This document shows, piece by piece, positions 10,899 to 21,925 of a DNA stretch of 64,000 bases. Each line of letters begins with the position of its first letter. Within the stretch, counting starts at the first letter, position 1. This stretch comes from an uncultured Acidobacteriota bacterium (GTDB lineage Bacteria; Acidobacteriota; Terriglobia; UBA7540): assembly GCA_963722675.1 (NCBI GenBank), contig CAVROP010000090.1:4560-68559 (forward strand), in the 5' to 3' direction. Below the pieces are notes generated by a model, which was not told the origin of the DNA, did not search any database, and saw only the letters and a program-made list of their open reading frames with translations. Position numbers and translations under genes: made by a program.

Positions 10899-11153
10899 GG
10901 GTAGCAGGTCTCCTCGGGGCGTTTTGTTGCGCAGAAATGGTACTCTTTTTCGCTTCGATGCGCACCTTTTCTTCGCCGGAAGGAGTTCGTCTTGATTCGA
11001 CGCATCTCGCTCGCTATGCCGGGCGAAGTAGTGGTAAAGTCTGAAGCTGCAACGTCGTCCCGCCGGCGCGAAATCGCAGCTTGGCGGAGCGAAGCCGCTT
11101 CTATAATCAGGGAACGGCGGCGTAAAGCCGCCGACACATCAAGGAGGATTCAT

Positions 11154-12503
11154 ATGAATCGTCGAGAATTCATCGGGACCGGCGCAGGGGTTGCGGCGCT
11201 GGGATCGGCGGTGAAAACCACACTGCTCTCGCCGCGCCCGCTTCGTGCCGCGGCGCGCGCCGTTCCGCCCAGCGACCGAGTGCGCTTCGCTTCCATCGGG
11301 ACCGGAGTGGAGGGCTGCACCATCCTGCAGGCAGCGCTGAACTGCCCGGGCACGGAGGTTGTCGCCGCCTGCGATCTTTATGACGGCCGTCTGATCGCTG
11401 CCAAAGAGTATTCCAAAAAAGAGATCTTCACGACCAAGGACTACCGCGCCATCCTGGACCGCAACGACGTGGATGCCGTGTTGGTCGCCACGCCGGACCA
11501 CTGGCACGCCAGAATAGTGCAGGACGCCTGCGCGGCGGGCAAAGACGTTTATTGCGAGAAGCCGATGTCCCACACTGTTGACCAGGCGTTCGCCATGGTC
11601 AACGCCATGCAGAAACACAACCGCATCGTGCAGGTGGGCAGCCAGTGCCGCAGTTCGATTGTCTTCGCAAAAGCCAAGGAAGTCTTCGACAGCGGCTTGC
11701 TGGGGCAGGTGACTGCCGTTGAGGCTTGCCTGGATCGCAACGACGCGAGCGGCGCCTGGGTTTACCCCATTCCACCCGACGCCAACGAGCAGACCATTGA
11801 TTGGAACCGTTTTCTGGGCGACGCGCCCAAACGGCCTTTCGATCCGATTCGCTTCTTCCGCTGGCGCTGCTTCCGGGATTACGGCGAAGGCTTGCCCGGA
11901 GATCTCTATGTGCATATGCTGACGGGAATCCACTTCATCGCCGGGATCACCGCGCCGCCGTTGCGCGCCGCCAGCATGGGCGGCATTCTCCGTTGGACAG
12001 AAAACCGCGAGGCGCCGGATCTGATCTGGACGTTGTACGAGTATCCCAACTTCCGCCTTGCCATGCGCTGCAACCTGAATAACGAATCACCCTATGTGGT
12101 GCGTTACTTCGGCACCAAGGGGACGCTGGAACTCAAGAACGACGTCCTCACCGTCACGCCCCAAAACACGGAGCCCCAACCGGAAGGTTATTCGATTCTG
12201 GGTTGGCCGCAAAAACTGCGCACGCAATACCTGGAGGAGTGGCACAAGGACCATCCGGGGACCTTGCCCGGCAAGTACAAGCTGATCCAATCCGCGGAAA
12301 GCTTCCAGGCTCCTCCAGATTATGACTACCAAGTCAACCACATGAACAACTTCATGGAGTCGGTGCGCACCCGGCAGCCTTCCGTTGAGGATGCGGTGTA
12401 CGGCAAAAATACCGCGATCGCTTGCCACATGGCGAATCATTCTTATTTCAGCAAAACGATTTCCGTCTGGGACGAAGGCGGACGGAAGATTCAGTCGGTG
12501 TGA
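11154..12503 (+). CDS. Tat-exported Gfo/Idh/MocA-family oxidoreductase
   Basis: ATG at 11154 preceded by aaggagg (11141-11147). Twin-arginine signal MNRREFIGTGAGVAALG and a Rossmann start RFASIGTGVEG. The longer ORF from 10992 was rejected as the start. Confidence 0.8.
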   Translation: MNRREFIGTGAGVAALGSAVKTTLLSPRPLRAAARAVPPSDRVRFASIGTGVEGCTILQAALNCPGTEVVAACDLYDGRLIAAKEYSKKEIFTTKDYRAILDRNDVDAVLVATPDHWHARIVQDACAAGKDVYCEKPMSHTVDQAFAMVNAMQKHNRIVQVGSQCRSSIVFAKAKEVFDSGLLGQVTAVEACLDRNDASGAWVYPIPPDANEQTIDWNRFLGDAPKRPFDPIRFFRWRCFRDYGEGLPGDLYVHMLTGIHFIAGITAPPLRAASMGGILRWTENREAPDLIWTLYEYPNFRLAMRCNLNNESPYVVRYFGTKGTLELKNDVLTVTPQNTEPQPEGYSILGWPQKLRTQYLEEWHKDHPGTLPGKYKLIQSAESFQAPPDYDYQVNHMNNFMESVRTRQPSVEDAVYGKNTAIACHMANHSYFSKTISVWDEGGRKIQSV

Positions 12504-12524
12504 TGAAGTCCGGGCTGCGGCAGC

Positions 12525-12692
12525 TTTGGAGTGCGGCAGCTTGCTGCCGCTTTTGCCCGTCGCGAGCTTGCTCGCGGCGGGTGGGGGTTGGCGCTTCCTG
12601 AGTTCGATCACGACTGGCCATCTGTTGCGCGGAGACGCCGGCCAGCAAGCTGGCCTTACAGAAGGCGCCAGCAAGCTGCCGCACTCCAAAGC
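12525..12692. repeat. MITE-like element family B copy 1
   Basis: About 30-bp terminal inverted repeats (tttggagtgcggcagcttgctgccgctttt ... aaagcggcagcaagctgccgcactccaaa type) plus internal hairpins cgcgagcttgctcgcg and ggccagcaagctggcc. It lies between convergent genes. Confidence 0.8.
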
Positions 12693-12705
12693 TTCGCAAC
12701 GGGTC

Positions 12706-13787
12706 CTAACCGGACCAGCGCGTGCCGCGCAGGTCCTTCCAGAGGCCGCCATCCTTATAGCGCTCGGGGTGAAGTATCAGAGAGCGCGGATCCTCGGCGG
12801 TGTCGAGTTGCAGGACCATCCACTTCGGGTAGGGAATGCCCGGATCTGACGCGGCGTCCAGCAGCCGCACGTCATCTTCGGTGAGCTGAAGATCGACGGC
12901 GCGGATGTTGTCGTCAAGGTGCTCGGGCTTGCGCGCTGCGATGATCACGCTGCTGATCGCGGGCCGGCCCAGCGTCCATGCTATCGCCACACGCGCCGGG
13001 CTGGCGCCATGGCGGGCGGCCACTTCCTTCAGTGCGTCCGCCACGCGGTACCCATCTCTTTATCGAAAGGCACGAACTGGCCGGAGTCTCCATAACGGGT
13101 GCCGCTGGGAGCGGGGTGGGCGCGAGTGTACTTTCCCGAAAGGAATCCGCCGGCCAGGGCGCTCCAGACCAGGATGCCGAGGTTGTAATACTCGGCGAAC
13201 GATAGGAACTCGTGCTCGAGGCCCCGGCCGACAAGACTGTAGTACATCTGGGCGGTTACGTATTTCTCGAGTCCCAGCCGCTCCTGGAGCATTATGGCGG
13301 TGGCGGCTTGCCACGACATGAGATTCGAGAGTCCGATATAGCGCACCTTCCCCTGGCGCACCACATCGTCGAGCGTCCGCACGGTTTCCTCGAGGGGCGT
13401 GTTGCTGTCCCATCCATGCACCTGGTACAGATCGATGTAATCGGTCTGGAGCCGCCGCAGGCTGTCCTCGATTTCGCGTAGTATATTCACGCGGGTCGCT
13501 CCGCTGCGGTTGAAATTCGCGGCCATGGGAAGGCGGAATTTGGTGGCCAGCACGATCTCGCTGCGAAGGCCTTTCAGGGCGTTGCCGACCAGCGTCTCGC
13601 TCTCACCGAGGCTGTAGACATCCGCGGTATCGATGAAGTTGATTCCGCTCTCCAGAGCCTGCTTCACCATGCGCGTGGTCTCTTCCTGGCCCAGATTCCC
13701 TACGTTCATCTTGCTGCCGAACTGCATGGTGCCGAGCGCCACTTCGCTAACGATCAGTCCCGTGTTCCCAAGTTTCCTATACTTCAT
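12706..13787 (-). pseudogene. Aldo/keto reductase with one frame disruption near 13053
   Basis: N-terminus MKYRKLGNTGLIVSEVALGTMQFG is typical of AKRs. ORFs 13029..13787 and 12706..13044 join as FDKE..GYRVADALKEVAARHG. Confidence 0.8.
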
Positions 13788-13967
13788 GACGTGCCCTCCT
13801 TTTGTGAATCGTGGGGTCGGTTACCAGGGTCGTCCCTACGTCTGCCCCGCACCAGTATTCGATTACATGCGATTCAAATTTGTCCTATCATACCATGTCG
13901 GCATAAGACGGTTGGGCTGTCGTAGTGCTGGCTCTCGCGTCGGCACGGGAGTTCAGGAGGTCCGCAT

Positions 13968-16128
13968 ATGGTGCAACCAGTGCAAGCGGTAACTCGGATG
14001 AGGTGGTGGATTAGCACCGCAGCGGTGATTGCCTTATCTCTTGGCATGCAGATCGGCGCGGCGCAGGCGCAGACCGGGGATTCCTCCGCCACCCCTGCCT
14101 TGCAAAACGTGCTCTACGGGGCAGCTTACTATCACGAGTACATGCCCTACGATCGGCTGGATAAGGATATCGCACTGATGAAAGAGGCTGGTCTTAACGT
14201 GGTGCGCATGGGGGAATCGACCTGGAGTTTGTGGGAGCCTGCGGACGGCCATTTCGAGTATGCGTGGATGGACCGGGTTGTTGACGCCATGGGCAAAGCG
14301 GGAATCAAGGTCATCATGGGAACACCCACTTACTCGATTCCTACCTGGCTTTATCACCAGCACCCGGAAGTACTGGCGCGGCCGCTGGGCGGGGCAAAGA
14401 CGTTCTACGGTATGCGCCAAAACATGGACACGGATAGTCCCGTTTACCGCTTCTATTGCGAACGCGTGATTCGCAATATGGTGGAACACTACAAAGACAA
14501 TCCCACCGTAATCGGGTGGCAACTCGACAACGAGAACGTCGTCTTATGGCGCCTCGAATCGCGACGTTTTCCTGGGTTTCCTGAACCACCTGCGCGACAA
14601 GTTCGGCGATACCGCCAGCATGAACAAGGCGTGGTTCCTCAACTATTGGGGCGAGGACGTCAATAACTGGGAAGACCTGCCCACGCGCGACAGCGCTCAA
14701 AGCACCGGCTACAAACTCGAGTGGTCGCGCTGGTCGCAGATGCGGGTGACCGACTTTCTCGCCTGGCAGGCTGCCCTGGTCCGCCAATACCGCCGGCCCG
14801 GCCAATTCGTCACCACCGATTTTGCCGGCGCCTTGCATGCCGATGTGAACGAGCAGGCGATCGCGAACGTTCTGGATATCCCCGCCATCAACGTTTATCA
14901 CGGCACCCAGGATCACTTCGACGGAGCGGCTCAGTCCCTGAACGAGGACTTTGCCCGGTCCCTGAAGGGATCGAATTTCCTGGTGACGGAGACCAACGCG
15001 CAAACCACGGATTGGACTTCCTCATTCCAATTCCCGCCTTATGACGGCCAGTTGCGGGAAGATGTTTACACGCATCTTGCCAATGGCGCGAATATGGTGG
15101 AGTACTGGCATTGGGCATCGATTCCCGCCAATCAGGAGACCTACTGGAAAGGGGTCCTGTCCCACGACTTGGAGCCGAACCGCGCTTATGCCGAAGTTTC
15201 GCGCACCGCGCATGAACTCGAAAAGATCGGTCCGCATCTTGTCAACCTGAAGATCGCCAACCCCGTTGCCATCTTGTGGAGCCGCGACTCTTTGAATGCG
15301 ATTGAGTTCATGCCCTTCGCAGAGAGCGGACGGCATTGGGGATCGTCCCCTTCCGAGGCGAACTATGCTTCACTCGTCCACCAACTTCATAAGGCGCTCT
15401 ACGACCTGAATGTGGGCGTAGACTTTGTCTTCCCGGAGACCGCGGATTTCTCGCGTTACAAATTGCTGGTGGTTCCTGCCCTCTACATTGCCGATGATGC
15501 CCTGCTGAATCGCATCGCCGACTATGTGAAGAATGGCGGACACGTGGTCATGACTTTTAAGAGCGGTTTTTGCAATGAGAATTCCGCGGTACGCTGGGTG
15601 CGCGCACCCGGACCGTTGCGAGAGGCGGCGGGTTTCAGCTACCAGGAATTTTCCAACCTCGAACAGCCATTGGCGCTTAAAGGAGATCCTTTCCACGCTG
15701 GCGACGCCAACAAGGTCAGCTACTGGGCCGAGTTTCTCATGCCGGAACACGCCCAGCCGCGTGCCTGGTACGACCATCCTTTCTTCGGGCGCTGGCCGGC
15801 CATCACCGAGAATCACTACGGGTCGGGAACGCTGCTCTACGAAGGGACGTATCTTTCCGACACGTTGCAAAAACGCCTGCTGCTCGATGTGCTGAAAGAG
15901 GTTGCCCTTGCAGGGCCCGATCAGCAACTTCCCGCCGCGGTCTGGGTCAGGCACGGCGTGAATCGCTTCGGCAAGCGACTCCATTACTATTTCAACTATT
16001 CCGGCGACGCCAAAGCGTTTGCCTACTCCTACGCGGCGGGGAAAGATCTCCTGTCCGGCGATACGCTCGGCCATTCTCAATCGATCTCGCTGAAGCCGTG
16101 GGACGTGGCGATCGTGGAGGAACAGTAG
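13968..16128 (+). pseudogene. GH42 beta-galactosidase with one frame disruption at 14535-14536
   Basis: RBS caggagg followed by ATG at 13968, then a signal peptide. GH42 blocks are present (YYHEYMPYDRLDKDIALMKEAGLNVVRMGESTWSLWEP, WQLDNE). Removing one A from gagaacg restores DNETSSYGASNRDVFLGFLNHLRDKFGDTASMNKAW. Confidence 0.85.
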
Positions 16129-16176
16129 CCGGCGCTCTGCGGGCTGGATGCGGATTAAGATCAGCGGAAGGACCGG

Positions 16177-16217
16177 TTTCACGCAAAGACGCAAAGCCCG
16201 CAAAGGACGCAAAGAAG
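16177..16217. repeat. Short direct-repeat block (cgcaaag x4); looks like half of a REP-type element
   Basis: Sequence ttcacgcaaagacgcaaagcccgcaaaggacgcaaagaag in the gap between the GH42 stop and the lactonase start. Confidence 0.5.
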
Positions 16218-16259
16218 AGCGACGACTTTCATTTTGGGTTTAATCAAACGGGGGTTTAA

Positions 16260-17522
16260 ATGTCGCAGCGTGATTTGAAACGAACTGTCTTAGGCAGGAC
16301 TTCGCGGCGCGGGTTCCTGAAAGGCGCGGCGGCTTTGGGCGCAGCCGCGCCTTTGCTGGGCCGGGCGCAGCAAACCAAGTCGGGTTCAGGGCGCCACAGG
16401 ATTTTCGCTTACGTCGGGAGTTACAGCCGGCCGCAGGGCCCCGACAATTCTATCGGGCGCGGCCAAGGCATCTACGTGTTTGAAATGAATCCTGCGGATG
16501 GCGCTCTGGTTCAGCGCGAGATCATTCGCAGGGACACCAACCCGTCCTTCACGGCTCTTGACTCGTCGCGGAAACACTTGTATTCCGTGGACTGGATCGC
16601 AGACTACCAGGGCACGAATTCCGGTTCGGTAAGCGCCTATTCAATTGATCGAGCCAACGGTCACTTGACGTTGCTCAACACGGTCAGCTCCGAAGGCGCC
16701 AACCCCACGCATTTGAGCATCCACCCTTCCGGCAGGTTCGTGTTGGTGGCCAGCTACTTCGGAGGAACTGTGGCCGTGCTGCCCATTCACCCGAACGGCG
16801 AGCTGGGCCCAGCCAGCGACGTCGTCCACGATCAAGGCACGGTTGGCCCTGAACACGCTGCCAGCGCGCCTCCGGGAAGCTTCGCCATCAGCGGGCATGA
16901 CCATCCTCATGCCCACATGGTCCTGCCCGATTCGGCAGGCCGCTTCGTTTTTGCGGCCGATCTGGGGCTGGACTGCATTTTCGTTTGGAAGTTCGACGCC
17001 GAGAAAGGGAAGCTCATCCCCAGCGACCCACCCTACGTGGCACTGCCCGCGGGTGACGGACCGCGACACTTCGCGTTTCATCCCAGCGGCCGTTGGTTCT
17101 ATTCGCTGCAAGAAGAAGGTTCGACGGTGGTCGCTTTCGATTACGATCCGGGTCACGGCAGGCTGACAGCGAAACAGACGATTTCCAGCCTTCCCAAGGG
17201 CTTCGCAGGCTCGAATTTCCCCGCCGAAGTCATGATCTCTTCCGACGGCAAATTCCTCTACGCTTCCAACCGCCTGCACGACAGCGTTGCCTGGTTTTCC
17301 ATCGGCGCGACTGGAACCCTGACCTATCGGGGCGAAGAATGGACTCGCGGCGATCATCCACGCGCCTTTAACTTTGATCCGACAGGGAATTTCTTCTACG
17401 TGTGCAACCAGTTCGCGGATGCTCTAACGACCTTTCGCATCAACCGCACGACAGGCGCGCTCACGTTTACTGGTCAATACACTCCCGTGGGCAGCCCGGC
17501 CTCCATTATTTTCCTCGCTTAG
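16260..17522 (+). CDS. Tat-exported lactonase-family 7-bladed beta-propeller protein (6-phosphogluconolactonase-like)
   Basis: Signal RRGFLKGAAALGAAAPLLG. Repeated propeller-like blocks are present (HLSIHPSGRFVLVASY, HFAFHPSGRWFYS, YASNRLHDSVAWF). Confidence 0.7.
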   Translation: MSQRDLKRTVLGRTSRRGFLKGAAALGAAAPLLGRAQQTKSGSGRHRIFAYVGSYSRPQGPDNSIGRGQGIYVFEMNPADGALVQREIIRRDTNPSFTALDSSRKHLYSVDWIADYQGTNSGSVSAYSIDRANGHLTLLNTVSSEGANPTHLSIHPSGRFVLVASYFGGTVAVLPIHPNGELGPASDVVHDQGTVGPEHAASAPPGSFAISGHDHPHAHMVLPDSAGRFVFAADLGLDCIFVWKFDAEKGKLIPSDPPYVALPAGDGPRHFAFHPSGRWFYSLQEEGSTVVAFDYDPGHGRLTAKQTISSLPKGFAGSNFPAEVMISSDGKFLYASNRLHDSVAWFSIGATGTLTYRGEEWTRGDHPRAFNFDPTGNFFYVCNQFADALTTFRINRTTGALTFTGQYTPVGSPASIIFLA

Positions 17523-17626
17523 GGGCGGCTCGCCTGGGCGAACTGAAATGCCCTCGTCATCAACGCGCAGGGGCACGCCATGGCGTGCCCTTACAATGAG
17601 AAGGTGTGGAAAAATCGAAAGGCCAG

Positions 17627-17759
17627 GTCATTCCGAGCGCACGTGACCTGCGGCCCACCCACGGAGATGAAGGTGCCTGTCATCCTGAGCGAAGCGAAGG
17701 ATCTGCAGTCCGGTCCGTGGCGAACTAATGCGGATTCTTCGCTTCGCTCAGAATGACAG
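17627..17759. repeat. REP/MITE family C copy 1
   Basis: A degenerate arm (gtcattccgagcgc) is followed by a full hairpin tgtcatcctgagcgaagcgaaggatctgcag ... ggattcttcgcttcgctcagaatgacag. The second copy at 60021-60194 has the same architecture. Confidence 0.8.
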
Positions 17760-17787
17760 ACTTTGACACTCCTTTCTGCCGCGCAGT

Positions 17788-18763
17788 TCAGGAGGACGAC
17801 GCTCGATGCGCGGCCATGGCGCGCTCCAGGCGTGGGTTGCCCGCGCTCAACGACTCGAGCTGTTGGACGACCTCGGGAGACGGCATCGAGCGAAGCAGGG
17901 CATCGATAGCCGCCTCCGCATGGGGCGACCGCTTCCCGACAAGCTCGAGTAAAAAGCCGATCGCCGCTTCCTGCCGGGTTAGAGCGATGGCGGAGAGGAG
18001 GACGCCCTGGAACCAGGGGTCAGGTTCTTCGAGGAAGCGGTCCCGCAAGGCCACAAAAGCCTCTGGCGAGCGGTCGGCGGCAATTGCCAAGGCTGCTTCC
18101 GCGGCAGCATCGTCAGCGGCGGCGAGGAAGCGCGCGACCCAGGGCACCGCCGCCGTGCCCTCGATGCGTAGAATGCCGTTGTAGCACGCGCCCAGCACTT
18201 CCGGTTCGTCCCTGCCCAGCACTGCCCTCAATCGAAGTAGCAGCGCCGCGGAGGGCGAGCCGGCCGATTCGACAGCGCGGGCGGCCTCGGCGCGCACGGA
18301 TTTTTCCTTATCGGCAAAGAGTTCGAGCGAGATAATCCAGGAGCTCGGTTTCTGAGAGACTGCGGCAAGGGACAAGGGCCAACGCGCACGTGGCTCTGAG
18401 CGTGGCGGCGGTGTCGGAATTCCCGCCCCAGACCGGCTCGAGTTGAATGTGTCGCATGCCGCGAAGGTATACATCAGCTTCCTGATATTCCAGCGCTGCC
18501 AGCGCCTTGCTGATCGCGTTCTTCGCCCAGCACTGGGGATCGGTCTTGAGAGGATTCAAGAAGAAACGGTCGAAAGCGGTGACCAGCTCGGGGATCAATT
18601 CGGCGAAGCGCAAATCGCGGACCAGATCGGCAGCTTTCGCGACAAGGTAATTGCTGCGCTGGGCAAGCGCCTTGCGCAACAGCTTGAGTGCCGTTTCACG
18701 CGGTTGGTGGCGAAGTTGCTCCAGCTCGGCGAGTTGCTCCTCAAAGCGTCGCTTCCCGGTCAT
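17788..18763 (-). pseudogene. Alpha-helical (HEAT/ARM-like) repeat protein with one frame disruption near 18327
   Basis: ORFs 18308..18763 and 17788..18474 join as SETELLDYL|LELFADKEKSVRAEAARAV. The helical-repeat character is judged by eye. Confidence 0.5.
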
Positions 18764-18826
18764 GTATGGAAGTTTAACGCGCGAGAATGGTTTTGTCCCG
18801 AGCGTGATGGCGGTTTGAAAGTGATT

Positions 18827-18996
18827 CCCCTCCTTGATAAGGAGGGGTTAGGGGTGGTTGACCGAAGCCACACCACCCCCCTGCCCCTATAGGCGTTGAC
18901 TAAGCGTTTCTGACGGGTCCCGAAGGGACCCAAGCTGCAGAGCCTCCGCTTAATTTAACGCCTATGCCCCCTACCCCTCCTCCTGCGAAGGAGGGG
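18827..18996. repeat. Cluster of three GC-rich hairpins (REP-like)
   Basis: The hairpins are cccctcctt-gat-aaggagggg (18827-18847), gggtccc-gaa-gggaccc (18915-18931) and cccctcctcctgcgaaggagggg (18974-18996). They lie between two minus-strand genes. Confidence 0.6.
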
Positions 18997-19005
18997 AGCC
19001 GTGCG

Positions 19006-21699
19006 CTAGTCGAGCGTTGTTCCCACCCTCAGGTCGCGCGAGGAGGCGCCCACGCTCACGGTGCGTTGGCTGACGGCTGTGACCCACTTGCCTTCCGCTG
19101 TTGACCAGTATTGCAGTTGGCGTGGCGCCACGTGTAGCGTAACGGTTTTGCTCTGGCCTGCCGGCACGAACACGCGGTCGAAAGCGGCCAGGATGTTCAC
19201 CGCGAAGTGTACTCCGGCCGGCGCCTCGCTGGGCGCGCCCAGGTACACCTGCGGCACTTCGTCGCTGTCCGCATGGCCCGTGTTGCGGACCGTGACCTGC
19301 ACGAGCAAGCCGCCATCGGACGCATGAGTAACCTGAAGGCCGGAGTAAGCGAAGCTGGTGTAGCTCAAGCCGTAGCCGAAGGGGAAAAGCGGCTCGGTCT
19401 TTTGCCGGTCAAACCAGCGATAACCCACGTCCACTCCCTCGCTGAAGGTTGTCTTGTGGTCTACTCCCTTCTTGGATCGCTCGGGATAACCCGGGCTGGT
19501 GGCGGCGTAGTCCTCCAAACGCCGCGCCCAGGTGACCGGCAGCCGGCCCGCGGGGCTGGCTTTGCCGAGCAGCAGATTGGCCGTCGCCCATCCGCCTTCG
19601 TCCCCAGGCCACCACATCTCGAGCACGCCTTTAACCTTGTCCAGCCACGGCAGAGCCACAGGCTGGCTGGTGTTCAGCACCACCACCGTGTTGGGATTGA
19701 CCGCCGCCACCTCCTCCACCAGTTCATTCTGCTTCCCAGGAAGCCCAAACACCGGGCTGAGGCGCGTCCACACGAAGACCACCGCAACCTTGGCGTGGCG
19801 GGCCGCGGCGATCGCCGCCTCGTGGTCGGCCTTGCGCTGTTGCGGCGTATACCAGTTGAGCCGCACCTCGACCGGAGCGTTCGAGGTGTCGGGAGTGATC
19901 TTAACCTCGATGGCGTGCGGCCCTTCCGCAAGGTCAATGGCCCGGCGCACGTTATCCAAGCCGTCGAGGGTGGGCACGGCATCATCCTGATTGGCTTGCA
20001 GGATGTCACCGTGTACGCCGCCCTGAAAAGCGCCGGTTGCTTCCAGCGGCTTTCCGTCGATGGAAAGGCTGGCGTTCGTACCCAGGGCCTGAAGGAAGAG
20101 CCAGTAATTGCCCGCGTGCGGCACGGTCAGCGTGCCCTTCCAGGTCAGGGTCGAGTTGGGAGGTAAGGCGTTCCCGGCTTTGTTGGTGAAATTAAACTGA
20201 GCATCGGTCTGAACTGCCGTGCCGGCCGCGTTCAGGCGTTGCAGGCCCGGCTTGCCATCGTGGCTGAACGCGGCGGCAGGAACGGCAGCGCCGGTGAAGT
20301 CGTCGTCGACGGCCAAAGCAATCTTCGCATTGCCGGAAATCTTTCGCATCGCCTCGACCGGCCCCACCTGCCGTTCGGGCCTGCCTACGGAGCGTTCCCC
20401 GCTTATGCCGATGGCCATCACCTGCCGCGCACCGGGGCCGATCAGCGCAACCTGATCCAGGTCGGCGTCCTTCAGCGGCAGGATTCCGCCGTCGTTCTTC
20501 AGCAGCACTGCCGCGTCTTCGCCGGTCTTCTGGATAATCTTCGCGTTCGCGTCGATCGACTGCGCGGTGACCTCGTGCTTCGACTGTCCGTCGAGATAGC
20601 CGAACTTGGCGATTTCGTAGAGGACGTGCCCGGCGGCGCGGGTAATCGCAGCCTCGCTCACGCTGCCGTCCTTGAGCGCCTGCGGCATCTTCTTGGTATC
20701 GAGCTTCTTCCCGAAGTCGCTGAAGTCGAAAGCCGGGGGAGGCGGTTCCTCGGGAAGGTGCCCTCCAAACATCAGTCCAACCACATCGCCAAAATCCTTG
20801 GGGGGAGGTGGAGGCGGCATCGAGTCAAAGAAAGACGGGATCGGAAACCCTCCCGGCGCCGGCGGACCGGGCATCTCCATATCCAGCCCGGCGTTGATGA
20901 AAGCCACACCGTGCGTGGCGCCCCAGTCCGAGGTGACGAAGCCTTTGAAGCCTACTTCGTCGCGCAGGATGCGGGTCAGAGATGATTCATTCCCGCAGGC
21001 AAAGGTCCCGTTCAGGCGGTTATAAGAACACATCAGCGACGCGACGCCCGCCCGCACCGCCGCTTCGAAGGGCGCGACGTAGACTTCGTGCAGGGTCTGG
21101 TCGTCAACCCAGACATTGGTGGCATCGGTGTCGTAGCCAACATAGTGTTTCACCTGGGCCATCACGTGCTGCGATTGGATGCCGCGGATTTCCGCCGCTC
21201 CCATCTCGCCGGTCAGGAAGGGATCCTCGCCGAACGTGTTGTAGCCGCGCCCGAACTCCAGGTCGCGGTCGATGTTCACGAACGGCTGCAAGGCCACGTC
21301 AATGCCCAGGGCGCGTGCTTCGCGGCCGATCACGACACCGTTCAGTTCCGCATCTTGGACGCTGAAGGTGGCGGCCACGCCCATGGTCGCCGTCTCCGCC
21401 TGCGAAGGGTGCCGAGTGAGCACGCCGGGCGGCCCGTCGGCAAAGCGCAGGCCGGGGACGCCTAATCTCGGAATCCCTTCCAGGTAGCCCGCTTGGCCCT
21501 GATAGACCTTAGGGGCCTCCCACGTGCCGTGAATCAGCGTCAGTTTCTCCTCCAGAGTCATCTGGCTCAGAAGTTTGTCTACGCGTGCGTCGCCGGTCAC
21601 CACCGGCGCTTGGTTTTGTGCCAACAGTAAACCCGCGCTCATCAAGATCGCCCCGAGCGTGGCGGAGAAGATAAGTGCAATTCTCTGATTTGGTTTCAT
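19006..21699 (-). CDS. Secreted GH3 beta-glucosidase with an inserted PA14-like domain
   Basis: 897 aa with a signal peptide. GH3 blocks are present (GFKGFVTSDWGA nucleophile region, GLDMEMPG). An insert of about 150 aa (NYWLFLQALGTNASLSIDGKPL) resembles PA14. Confidence 0.85.
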   Translation of the reverse strand: MKPNQRIALIFSATLGAILMSAGLLLAQNQAPVVTGDARVDKLLSQMTLEEKLTLIHGTWEAPKVYQGQAGYLEGIPRLGVPGLRFADGPPGVLTRHPSQAETATMGVAATFSVQDAELNGVVIGREARALGIDVALQPFVNIDRDLEFGRGYNTFGEDPFLTGEMGAAEIRGIQSQHVMAQVKHYVGYDTDATNVWVDDQTLHEVYVAPFEAAVRAGVASLMCSYNRLNGTFACGNESSLTRILRDEVGFKGFVTSDWGATHGVAFINAGLDMEMPGPPAPGGFPIPSFFDSMPPPPPPKDFGDVVGLMFGGHLPEEPPPPAFDFSDFGKKLDTKKMPQALKDGSVSEAAITRAAGHVLYEIAKFGYLDGQSKHEVTAQSIDANAKIIQKTGEDAAVLLKNDGGILPLKDADLDQVALIGPGARQVMAIGISGERSVGRPERQVGPVEAMRKISGNAKIALAVDDDFTGAAVPAAAFSHDGKPGLQRLNAAGTAVQTDAQFNFTNKAGNALPPNSTLTWKGTLTVPHAGNYWLFLQALGTNASLSIDGKPLEATGAFQGGVHGDILQANQDDAVPTLDGLDNVRRAIDLAEGPHAIEVKITPDTSNAPVEVRLNWYTPQQRKADHEAAIAAARHAKVAVVFVWTRLSPVFGLPGKQNELVEEVAAVNPNTVVVLNTSQPVALPWLDKVKGVLEMWWPGDEGGWATANLLLGKASPAGRLPVTWARRLEDYAATSPGYPERSKKGVDHKTTFSEGVDVGYRWFDRQKTEPLFPFGYGLSYTSFAYSGLQVTHASDGGLLVQVTVRNTGHADSDEVPQVYLGAPSEAPAGVHFAVNILAAFDRVFVPAGQSKTVTLHVAPRQLQYWSTAEGKWVTAVSQRTVSVGASSRDLRVGTTLD

Positions 21700-21746
21700 T
21701 CCGCCTCCCGTCGTACGGGGCAGGATTATACCTCAATTCCTGCCGT

Positions 21747-21769
21747 GGTGCGGGCGGGACGCCCGCACC
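21747..21769. repeat. Perfect 10-bp GC palindrome ggtgcgggcg-gga-cgcccgcacc
   Basis: Read directly. It is related to the hairpin at 24592-24618 through the core gcgggcg-NNN-cgcccgc. It lies in the divergent gap between the GH3 gene and the orphan gene. Confidence 0.6.
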
Positions 21770-21825
21770 ACAACCCCAGCCAGGGTACTAGTACTACCCT
21801 GGCCTATGCTCAGAGCATTTTGTGC

Positions 21826-21854
21826 TTGACAAATCGGCCTTATCCTGATAGCCT
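21826..21854 (+). promoter_or_regulatory. Candidate sigma70-type promoter: TTGACA, 17-nt spacer, TAGCCT
   Basis: ttgaca at 21826-21831, a 17-nt spacer, then tagcct at 21849-21854, about 70 nt upstream of the ATG at 21926. Confidence 0.35.
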
Positions 21855-21925
21855 ATAAGTACCCCACACCGTTCCGGGGGAGGTTTCTTTTCCCGGCAAC
21901 CCAATCCTCTGCCCTAGGAGGGCCT

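Noticed and set aside
10992-11153. Longer start for the Gfo/Idh/MocA gene, and likewise 23067 for galK, 36529 for the ADOP permease, 45488 for DUF1801, 49895 for the large protein and 60041 for the vWA gene
   Set aside because: In each case an internal ATG gives the canonical family N-terminus or signal peptide. Several of these ATGs (11154, 45536, 49862) are also preceded by a good Shine-Dalgarno site. The extensions are Arg-rich or overlap repeat elements.
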